Source of the DNA: Lingula anatina
Taxonomy: Eukaryota > Animalia > Brachiopoda
Reading direction: 5' to 3'
Assembly (NCBI GenBank): GCA_051362555.1
Contig: CM120640.1
Location: 30,399,967-30,463,966, forward strand
DNA: 64,000 bases
This document shows, piece after piece, positions 37,965 through 48,660 of this stretch (its first letter is position 1; each line of letters opens with the position of its first letter). Under the pieces are notes generated by a model that saw only the letters and a program-made list of their open reading frames with translations, was not told the DNA's origin and made no database searches. The translations under genes were made by a program, and so were the position numbers.

Positions 37965-40101
37965 CCATGGCAACACTGGTACCTCTAGCTGCTCTCATCT
38001 TCTCCATGTACTGGCATTTGTTGCACATCTTGATCTGCAAAATGCAATAAAATGCATATCTATTACAAGGAATGATGTAGTAGCTCATGCTGGCCACAGT
38101 GCACTAATTAATCTAGTTTGACAGCTTGTTAGAGAAGTTTGCACAAAACAACAAGTGAATAATACTATTCAACAAACCAATCAGAAACAAAATCCGTCAC
38201 TTTATGTCAGTTATGGACAGATGATAGATGGACAGTTTAATACTAAGTTAAATTTATACAAAACTGGTGATTAAAAAAAATTGTTTATTTGCCTTAGTGT
38301 TTTTTCACCCAACACACCACTTTATAGGTGTTACGATTTTCTTGTTACAAATTCATCTCATACTTGCCCTTTCTCTCTCTTTCCAAACAAAACAAAGGTA
38401 TACAACAGTGTTTCCAAAATACTACAATACATGTACTTTCATACAGTAATGACTACAATTGCTGCATACCCATTTGTTGATGCATGTCACCATGCTTCTC
38501 CAATAGAAGCAGCTCTCAATTTGCCCAAGGGTCTTCTTCTGGCCAAATTGGCTTCCCATAGGGGAATTATGACATTCGCGAAATTTTTTCTTTTTCTCAT
38601 CATTAAATACTACTAGCCTCCTTACACCACTCTTGATATAACACATCTCTGACCCTGAAAATATAGAAAAACAACTCAATTGTACTATTTTAAAACAAGA
38701 TACATATGTAACAGACGGACTCTCTGGTTGTGTAAAATGACTTTATTGCTATAACTAAAATGTTCACCCTGTAATAAAGGTGACATATAATTAGATAAAA
38801 TGACATACAACAAATAACTTGTAATTCTATAGTTTACCTCTATGATAAGGAAATAATAAATTTGATATAGATAACTACGGTTTACAGGGTCGGATTTAGG
38901 CCGTCTTCTGGGTCTTCCAGAAGACGGTCAGATTTTCAAGTTTACATTAAAAGGTATCTTTTTTTTTCTGTTGGAAGACGGTCAAAATTGGAAGATAGAT
39001 CAATAAAGATAATTTGGAAGACTGTCAGAAAATAGCTCTGGATCCGCTCCTGGTTTATAAAGGCCATAACGGCTTACCCTGATCTTATTCAAGGGCGTTT
39101 AGAAAGAGTGCTGGATATACCAATACGGCTTGGTCTGAAAACTAAAGAGTAGAAATTGATGTAATACAGTATAGTATAGTGGAGTTGGATATGCAAAAGA
39201 CAAGATAAAATATAACTAGAATTAACTAGATGACATCCAACTTACCATATAGAAACAGACAGACGAACAGCAACTTCAGCACTATTTGAAAATACGGCAC
39301 CAATGCCTTTTATAATGAGAAGTCACATGACAAAGACGCGGGAAGACAGAACAAAGGGACATAGACAAAGAAACAGACAAAGGAACAATTAGAGGGCATC
39401 AGAGTCACAGCAAGTCACAAGACAAGACGAGTGACGAGTGCATATTTACACATAGTTACACATATAATAGCAGATTTCTGGCCTATAAAAATACCAACTA
39501 GAAAAGGTGCACATCTGTCAATACCAGTACTTTGTGGATAAACAGAAAACAGAACTATGGGATATATGAACAACCAAGCTGTTATGATAAACTTTAATAG
39601 GGAATATTTGTTTCTGTTGCATGTTAAGAAATGAAAATTGTCTTCATTGGACACCAAATGCAGAGTGAAAATTAAACAAAAGGTACCAGTTACAAAAAGC
39701 AAAAGGCTCTCCATATTTAACTACCTACATTTTCTCTTTTCTAATTTCTTGTGCATGATTATATAACAACATATACATTTTTCTATTTCTCACAGATTTT
39801 TCAAAATAATTTCATACCACAGGCTTAAATTGTTGAATGAATGTTAGGGAATTAGGTCATGTTTTTTACCATGTTTACCAAAATAACAGAACAGGTACAG
39901 ATTCCAAAAGAAAGTAACATTTGAATATTAAACCAAAATTCATACAAATGGAAAGAACATCACCCTCTTACCTTCACATATATAGTTCTTAGCCATTCTC
40001 CTAACTGATGCCTTGTGGTTGGCATTCCAACCAGCATCTCCTTTCCCTTCCTGCAGATACTGAAACACATCATCTAGGTTGACCAAATGGCGCTCTGCCA
40101 T
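37965..40101 (-). mobile_element. Intron-containing Ginger/GIN-type integrase remnant (N-terminus plus HHCC zinc finger; no DDE core seen)
   Basis: Three in-frame spliced exons: 39972-40101 (MAERHL..FQYLQEG..KASVRRMAKNYICE), 38470-38654 (RECHNSPMGSQFGQKKTL..FYWRSM..INKW), and from 38034 downward (IKMCNKCQ). Confidence 0.78.
38885..39052. mobile_element. hAT-like MITE with 5-bp TSD (hAT5-like)
   Basis: Ends CAGGGTCGGATT / GATCCGCTCCTG. GTTTA duplicated at 38880-38884 and 39053-39057. Confidence 0.8.
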
Positions 40102-40127
40102 GACTGAAAGTAGTATAAGTACTGAGT

Positions 40128-40462
40128 ATAGTGACAAGAAGTCTGTAAAACTGATCCTGGTACAATCCAACACTCCTGATGACAGTAGGTGAAGTAGTGA
40201 CAAGAAGTCTGTAAAACGGATCCTGGTACAATCCAACACTTCTGAAGACAGTAGGTGAAGTAGTGGCAAGAAGTCTGTAAAACAGATCCTGGTACAATCC
40301 AACACTCCTGAGGACAGTAGGTGAAGTAGTGACAAGAAGTCTGTAAACAGATCCTGGTACAATCCAACACTCCTGAAGACAGTAGGTGAAGTAGTGACAA
40401 GAAGTCTGTAACAGATCCTGGTACAATCCAACACCCCTGAAGACAGTAGGTGACAAAAGTCT
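40128..40462. repeat. ~66-bp minisatellite, 5 copies
   Basis: AGTGACAAGAAGTCTGTAAAAC.GATCCTGGTACAATCCAACACTCCTGA.GACAGTAGGTGAAGT units. Confidence 0.95.
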
Positions 40463-40499
40463 CAAAATACACTCCTTACATACAGATTGAGAGCAAGTC

Positions 40500-41467
40500 C
40501 AGGCCTACCCAACTACCAGACTCGGCACCTACTGATCCAGAATAAACCAGTTTATCAGACCACACTACCCGTTTTCAAGGTGTGAGTCAGATCGCATTAC
40601 AGAGTATCAGCCACCACACCGATTTTGCCTGGTGCGCGATGTGATAGCAATGATCCTAAGCGGGGTTGGAAAGTAGTGCATCTCATCTAGATTCATGCGC
40701 TGCTGCAATTTTCCCTGTTTATGCTAAAATCTGACAATATAGCAATTTTTAACATAACATTTAGGTTCGGACGTAGCCAATGATGTTTTGTAAATAAGAA
40801 CTTGCAAACTTATATATTAATTTAGAAAAGTAGACCTAATTTTGATAGCGGAAGCATATTCTGTCGGGGGTTAAATATTTTCATGACTACCGGGATGGAC
40901 GAGATTGAGGGCAGGGGTAATACTAGAGAGGGGTGAGAAACGTCCATTGTTCTCGTCAGCGAGACTGGCCTTTTTCAGTGTATGTACGCACAGACAGAAA
41001 ACTAAGTATTGTGGGAACGTTACTAATGAAGCCACTGGTAATACTAGTAGATATCAGCCTGTAGTCTTGAACAAGCGCCTCGATGACGAGTGAACAGCTG
41101 TCAAAAACAAAAGACCCAGGTGTGGTAGTTCTGTTAATGCGTGCCGCTACGATCAAACCTAATTGCTCCTCAAGGTCACAAAACTATAACCGGTACTGAC
41201 GGCTAGGCTCGTCTTTATCATATAAGTAGCGCGTTTCCACCCCCTGATTGAGGGAGTTGTCTGTCGCCATGTTGTTGTATTCATACGACTCCTACTTGAC
41301 GAAAACGAGGCGCGATACCCGGATGACAGGTAGGCTTACAAAATTTGTGATGGGGTATGATACTCTGTAATGCGATCTGACACACACCTTGAAAACGGGT
41401 AGTGTGGTCCGATATACTGGTTAATTCTGGATCCGTAGGTGCAGAGTCTGGTAGTTGGGTAGGCCTG
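40500..41467. mobile_element. hAT-like MITE with ~110-bp TIRs and 5-bp TSD
   Basis: CAGGCCTACCCAACTACCAGACTC...GCATTACAGAGTATCA is inverted at ~41358-41467. AAGTC duplicated at 40495-40499 and 41468-41472. Confidence 0.9.
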
Positions 41468-42129
41468 AAGTCTTTCATCTGATAAAAACGATTGACAGTT
41501 ACTGAGGACAGGGCATAATTACAAGTAATTGAACTTAACCACTTCAACTGGACAATGCAAGAAGCCATACAGTCTTACTTATCATCACCATAAGGTATAC
41601 TTCAAAATCACCTAGAAAATGTCATCTAGATTTTATGAAATGAATTGAATTGAAGGAGCAATGTGGACCATATGTGGACCTTCATATATTGATATACTCC
41701 TGTAAATGACGATTTTCCCATACTTACCAATGGTTTATGAATCCGTTCCAACATTCAAAGTTAGCCCACAATTTTTTATAAAGTTTTGATTTATTTTTAT
41801 AATCACTTATGTAATAATATGACTCTCAAGCTAAAAGGTGGTATCCCTTTAAATATATTAAAAAATAAAATAAACTTTTTAAGAAAAGCTACTGCACTAA
41901 CTTTGAATGTCAGAACAAATACATTTATAAATTCAATATATTGGAAAAGTAAAATTATTTGCTGGGTTTAATAATTATGTCTTTATATTGGGCATTAATA
42001 GTCAACCTAAAATTTTTTAATGTATTAACCAATGGTAATTATAGAAAACCGTCCTTTACCCCAGGAAAACTTCCTTTTAAGCCAAAATGAACAGTTCTTC
42101 TTCCTTCAAGAAAACTTGAGAACACTTAC

Positions 42130-42211
42130 CATTTACTCAGGTTATCCACCATAACATTGTCCAGTTGGAAGCCACCACCTTCCATATCAGTCATTTTAAC
42201 AGACATAACTG
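42130..42211 (-). CDS. Isolated open exon (VMSVKMTDMEGGGFQLDNVMVDNLSK), possibly an upstream part of the decayed receptor gene
   Basis: TTTTTAG acceptor, GTAAGT donor, 82 nt open. Confidence 0.35.
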
Positions 42212-42420
42212 CTAAAAATAAAGATAATTAAACTGATATATATTTCACTTTCATTTATAAGGGCATGCAAATCAATTACCAAAACTACGGATATTATTGC
42301 ATTCATAATTAAAATTGTTATTTTAAAAAGAGGTCTTTAAAAAGTACTTTAAATATCAAAAACCTTATAGTCATAAACATTACTGACTTGGCCATCCTGA
42401 GGTGTCAATAGCGACTTTAC

Positions 42421-45400
42421 AGTTTCATTTGCTGTGGCATCTCATCAACTGAATTTTCTGTATTTGCTTCAAATCATTCTCTTGGTCTTAGTTTTCCCTA
42501 GACGTCCAAATTTGTGACCAAGTCGGATAATTTTCTCTGAAGTTTCTTCTTAGATTTTTTTTTCTCCTCAAGACAGCGATTGGCCTTCATCCTGATTACA
42601 TATAAATATCTGAGATTACTTTTCTTTCAGGACAGCGATCCACCTTCATCCTGAGTACATACAAATTTTTTCAGATTACTTTTTTTTTCAGGACAGCAAT
42701 CTGCCGTCATCCTAAGAAAATATAAAATATCTCATATTACTTTTTCTTTCAGGACATTCATCCGCCTTCATCCTGAGTACATATAAATATCTCAGGTTAC
42801 TTTTCTTTCAGGACAGCGACCCGCCTTCATTCTGAGTAAATATAAATTATCTCATATCACTTTTTTCAGGACAGCGATCCGCCTTCATCCTGATTACATA
42901 TAATATCTCAGATTACTTTTCTTTCAGGACAGCCATCCGCCTTCATCCTGAGTAAATATAAAATATCTCATATCACTTTTTTCAGAACAGGGATCCGCCT
43001 TCATCCTGATTACGTATAAATATCTGAGAATATTTTTCTTTCAGGACAGCGATCTGCCTTCATCCTGATTACATATAAATATCTGAGATTACTTTTCTTT
43101 CAGGACAGCGATCCGCCTTCATCCTGAGTACATACAAATTATTTCAGATTACTTTTCTTTCAAGACTGTGATCCGCCTGCATCCTGAGTAAATATAAAAT
43201 ATCTCAGATTACTTTTCTTTCAGGACAGCGATCCGCCTTCATCCTGATTACATATAAATATCTCAGATTACTTTTCTTTCAGGACAGCGATCCGCCATCA
43301 TCCTAAGTAAATATAAAATATCTCATATCACTTTTTTCAGGACAGCGATCCGCCTTCATCCTGATTACATATAAATATCTGAGATTATTTTTCTTTCAGG
43401 ACAGCGATCCGCCTTCGTCCTGATTACATATAAATATCTGAGATTACTTTTATTTCAGGACAGCGACCCGCCTTCATTCTGAGTAAATATAAATTATCTC
43501 ATATCACTTTTTTCAGGACAGCGATCCGCCTTCATCCTGATTACATATAATATCTCAGATTACTTTTCTTTCAGGACAGCCATCCGCCTTCATCCTGAGT
43601 AAATATAAAATATCTCATATCACTTTTTTCAGAACAGGGATCCGCCTTCATCCTGATTACGTATAAATATCTGAGAATATTTTTCTTTCAGGACAGCGAT
43701 CTGCCTTCATCCTGAGTACATACAAATTTTCTCAGATTACTTTTCTTTCAGGACAGCGATCCGCCTTCATCCTGAGTACATACAAATTATTTCAGATTAC
43801 TTTTCTTTCAGGACAGCGATCCGCCTTCATCCTGAGTAAATATAAAATATCTCAGATTATTTTTTTTTCAAGACAGCGATCCACCTTCATCCTGAGTAAA
43901 TATAAAATATCTCAGATTATTTTTTTTTCAAGACAGCGATCCACCTTCATCCTGAGTAAATATAAAATATCTCAGATTATTTTTTTTCAGGACAGCGATC
44001 CTCCTTCATCCTGATGATATATAACTGATTGAACCGTCTCTTTAATAGATAATCTTTTAAGTAAGCTGGTTGTCTGATTGTTCTCTTTGGTCTGGTGTAA
44101 ATTGGTTCTTCAATATGATCACCGTTTCACTTGCTGTGGCATCTCACCAACTGAATTTTCTGTATTTGCTTCACATCATTCTCTTGGTCTTTGTTTTCCC
44201 TAGATGTCCAACTTTGTGACCAAGTCGGATAACTTTTCTCTGAATTTCTTCTCAGATTATTTTTTCTCCTCAAGATAGCAATCAGCCTTCATCCTGATTA
44301 CATATAAATATCTGAGATTATTTTTCTTTCAGGACAGCGATCCGCCTTCATCCTGAGTACATACAAATTATTTCAGATTACTTTTCTTTCAGGACTGTGA
44401 TCCGCCTGCATCCTGAGTAAATATAAAATATCTCAGATTACTTTTCTTTCAGGACAGCGATCCGCCTTCATCCTGATTACATATAAATATCTCAGATTAC
44501 TTTTCTTTCAGGACAGCGATCCGCCTTCATCCTGAGTAAATATAAAATATCTCATATCACTTTTTTCAGGACAGCGATCCGCCTTCATCCTGATTACATA
44601 TAAATATCTGAGATTATTTTTCTTTCAGGACAGCGATCCGCCTTCGTCCTGATTACATATAAATATCTGAGATTACTTTTATTTCAGGACAGCGATCCGC
44701 CTTCATCCTGAGTAAATATAAAATATCTCATATCACTTTTTTCAGGACAGCGATCCGCCTTCATCCTGATTACATATAAATATCTGAGATTATTTTTCTT
44801 TCAGGACAGCGATCTGCCTTCATCCCGAGTACATACAAATTTTCTGAGATTACTTTTCTTTCAGGACAGTGATCCGCCATCATCCTAAGTAAATATAAAA
44901 TATCTCATATCATTTTTTTCAGGACAGCGATCCGCCTTCATCCTGAGTACATACAAATTATTTCAGATTACTTTTCTTTCAGGACAGCGATCCGCCTTCA
45001 TCCTGAGTAAACATAAAATATCTCAGATTATTTTTTTTTTCAAGACAGCGATCCACCTTCATCCTGATTGAACTGTCTCTTTAATAGATAATCTTTTAAG
45101 TAAGCTGGTTGTCTGATTGTTCTCTTTGGTCTGGTGTAAATTGGTTCTTCAATATGATCACCGTTTCACTTGCTGTGGCATTTCACCAACAGAATTTTCT
45201 GTATTTGCTTCACATCATTCTCTTGGTCTTTGTTTTCCCTAGATGTCCAACTTTGTGACCAAGTCGGATAACTTTTCTCTGAATTTCTTCTCAGATTATT
45301 TTTTTCTCCTCAAGACAGCAATCGGCCTTCATCCTGATTACATATAAATATCTGAGATTATTTTTCTTTCAGGACAGCGATCCGCCTTCATCCTGAGTAC

Positions 45401-47680
45401 ATACAAATTATTTCAGATTACTTTTCTTTCAGGACAGTGATCCGCCTGCATCATGAGTAAATATAAAATATCTCAGATTACTTTTCTTTCAGGACAGCGA
45501 TCCGCCTTCATCCTGAGTAAATATAAAATATCTCATATCACTTTTTTCAGGACAGCGATCCGCCTTCATCCTGATTACATATAAATATCTGAGATTATTT
45601 TTATTTCAGGACAGCGATCCGCCTTCGTCCTGATTACATATAAATATCTGAGATTACTTTTATTTCAGGACAGCGATCCGCCTTCATCCTGAGTAAATAT
45701 AAAATATCTCATATCACTTTTTTCAGGACAGCGATCCGCCTTCATCCTGATTACATATAAATATCTGAGATTATTTTTCTTTCAGGACAGCGATCTGCCT
45801 TCATCCCGAGTACATACAAATTTTCTGAGATTACTTTTCTTTCAGGACAGTGATCCGCCATCATCCTAAGTAAATATAAAATATCTCATATCATTTTTTT
45901 CAGGACAGCGATCCGCCTTCATCCTGAGTACATACAAATTATTTCAGATTACTTTTCTTTCAGGACAGCGATCCGCCTTCATCCTGAGTAAACATAAAAT
46001 ATCTCAGATTATTTTTTTTTTCAAGACAGCGATCCACCTTCATCCTGATTGAACTGTCTCTTTAATAGATAATCTTTTAAGTAAGCTGGTTGTCTGATTG
46101 TTCTCTTTGGTCTGGTGTAAATTGGTTCTTCAATATGATCACCGTTTCACTTGCTGTGGCATTTCACCAACAGAATTTTCTGTATTTGCTTCACATCATT
46201 CTCTTGGTCTTTGTTTTCCCTAGATGTCCAACTTTGTGACCAAGTCGGATAACTTTTCTCTGAATTTCTTCTCAGATTATTTTTTTCTCCTCAAGACAGC
46301 AATCGGCCTTCATCCTGATTACATATAAATATCTGAGATTATTTTTCTTTCAGGACAGCGATCCGCCTTCATCCTGAGTACATACAAATTATTTCAGATT
46401 ACTTTTCTTTCAGGACAGTGATCCGCCTGCATCATGAGTAAATATAAAATATCTCAGATTACTTTTCTTTCAGGACAGCGATCCGCCTTCATCCTGAGTA
46501 AATATAAAATATCTCATATCACTTTTTTCAGGACAGCGATCCGCCTTCATCCTGATTACATATAAATATCTGAGATTATTTTTATTTCAGGACAGCGATC
46601 CGCCTTCATCCTGAGTACATACAAATTCACTCAGATTATTTTTCTTTCAGGACAGTGATCCGCCTGCATCATGAGTAAATATAAAATATCTCAGATTACT
46701 TTTCTTTCAGGACAGCGATCCGCCTTCATCCTGAGTAAATATAAAATATCTCATATTACTTTTCTTTCAGGACAGCGATCCGCCTTCATCCTGATTACAT
46801 ATAAATATCTCAGATTACTTTTCTTTCAGGACAGCGATCCGCCTTCATCCTGAGTAAATATAAAATATCTCATATCACTTTTTTCAGGACAGCGATCCGC
46901 CTTCATCCTGATTACATATAAATATCTGAGATTATTTTTCTTTCAGGACAGCGATCCGCCTTCGTCCTGATTACATATAAATATCTGAGATTACTTTTAT
47001 TTCAGGACAGCGATCCGCCTTCATCCTGAGTAAATATAAAATATCTCATATTACTTTTCTTTCAGGACAGCGATCCGCCTTCATCCTGATTACATATAAA
47101 TATCTCAGATTACTTTTCTTTCAGGACAGCGATCCGCCTTCATCCTGAGTAAATATAACATATCTCATATCACTTTTTTCAGGACAGCGATCCGCCTTCA
47201 TCCTGATTACATATAAATATCTGAGATTATTTTTCTTTCAGGACAGCGATCCGCCTTCGTCCTGATTACATATAAATATCTGAGATTACTTTTATTTCAG
47301 GACAGCGATCCGCCTTCATCCTGAGTAAATATAAAATATCTCATATCACTTTTTTCAGGACAGCGATCCGCCTTCATCCTGATTACATATAAATATCTGA
47401 GATTATTTTTCTTTCAGGACAGCGATCCGCCTTCATCCTGATTACATATAAATATCTGAGATTATTTTTCTTTCAGGACAGCGATCCGCCTTCATCCTAA
47501 GTAAATATAAAATATCTCATATCATTTTTTTCAGGACAGCAATCCGCCTTCATCCTGAGTACATACAAATTATTTCAGATTACTTTTCTTTCAGGACAGC
47601 GATCCGCCTTCATCCTGAGTAAACATTAAATATCTCAGATTATTTTTTTTTTCAAGACAGCGATCCACCTTCATCCTGAT
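42421..47680. repeat. ~59-60-bp satellite array in higher-order units delimited by ~220-bp Gypsy integrase fragments
   Basis: TTTCAGGACAGCGATCCGCCTTCATCCTGA plus an AT-rich half, roughly 70 copies. The Gypsy block restarts at ~44031, 45070, 46051 and 47682 (partial at 42421). Confidence 0.95.
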
Positions 47681-48660
47681 TGAACTGTCTCTTTAATAGA
47701 TAATCTTTTAAGTAAGCTGGTTGTCTGATTGTTCTCTTTGGTCTGGTGTAAACTGGTTCTTCAATATGATCACTGTTTCACTTGCTGTGGCATCTCATCA
47801 ACTGAATTTTCTGTATTTGCTTCACATCATTCTCTTGGTCTTTGTTTTACCTAGATGTCCAAGTTGGATAACTTTTCTCTGAAGTTTCTGAATCCTGTCA
47901 TTTCTGTAAATGAGTCCTTCAATAATACTAAATTCTTCTCTCATGTGCCAGTATGGTTCAATCTCCTCATCTTTTCTGTATAGATTCCAATCTCTTGTTG
48001 AGAATCTCCCTCCAAGTTTGATTAGTGTTGGGTCAGTGAGGGTTTTTTCTGCTATCTCTTTGAGAATCACTGCATTTTCAGATTTTACCATCCATCTGAT
48101 CATCCTCTCTGTACTATCACCACCCGTTTGTGGCTGTGGCTGTCTGGAGAGATAATCAAGAAGGTCTGCATCATTCTTTCCTGGCTCATATACCACATCA
48201 TGGTCAACACCTTGGAAGTCCATCACCAATTTCTGTATTCTCGATGGTAATTTTGCTTGTACTTTGTTAAACCTGGGTGGATACTTATGGTTTGTGTGCT
48301 GTGATAATATTGACCTTTGGAGCACCCTGTAGGTATATTCTCATCCTGTACTTTGCCCATCTTACGGCCAATGCATCTTTTTCCGTCTGTGAATATTTCT
48401 TCTCTCTATCTGTCAGTGCTCTGCTTTGCTTTGTCCGTTTCTTGGAACAGTCCTGCTGACAACCCTTCGTTAAAACTGGCTTCTGTTCTTAGTATTATTA
48501 GTTTGCCTGGTTCAAAGAAGGCCATTGTTTTGCTGCTGGTGATAGTTTCTTTTAATTTCTCGAAGGCTTTTTCTTCCTCATCTCACCAACGGCATTTCAC
48601 ATCTTGCTTGGTCAGTTCTAATAGTGGAGCAGTCAGTGAGGCATAATCCTCTATAAAGTT
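47680..48660 (-). mobile_element. Degenerate Ty3/Gypsy pol fragment (RT end, RNase H, integrase zinc finger)
   Basis: Frameshifted motifs DYASLTAPLLELTK, KAFEKLKETITS..MAFFEP, PSRIQKLVMDFQG.D.DVVYEPGK..D..DYLSR and GHLGKTKTK. Confidence 0.9.

Larger units (their letters stand above)
22250..37970. repeat. Complex tandem expansion of ~185-bp AT-rich units interleaved with a ~350-bp exon-like unit, interrupted by nested TEs
   Basis: GAAAATTACATTGAAA..CTGGCAAATTCCATGACTTAAAATAG unit occurs about 15 times. CCAGATGCAGATTACTCC...GGTACTCTGGAAAAAG unit at ~22650, 23720, 28300, 29620, 34060 and 36890. Confidence 0.85.

Noticed and set aside
39940-40472. Three overlapping repeat-rich ORFs (131-164 aa)
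   Set aside because: They arise from a 66-bp minisatellite. Only the part from ATG 40101 downward resembles an integrase exon.
42570-47680. CRISPR-like appearance (palindromic ~30-bp repeat plus ~29-bp spacer)
   Set aside because: The spacers are homologous variants of one sequence, no cas genes are present and the context is eukaryotic. It is a satellite.
42570-47680. Hammerhead ribozyme in the minus-strand monomer (GGATGA...GAAA)
   Set aside because: The required CUGANGA core is absent (it reads AGGAUGA), and no convincing stems I and III are visible.
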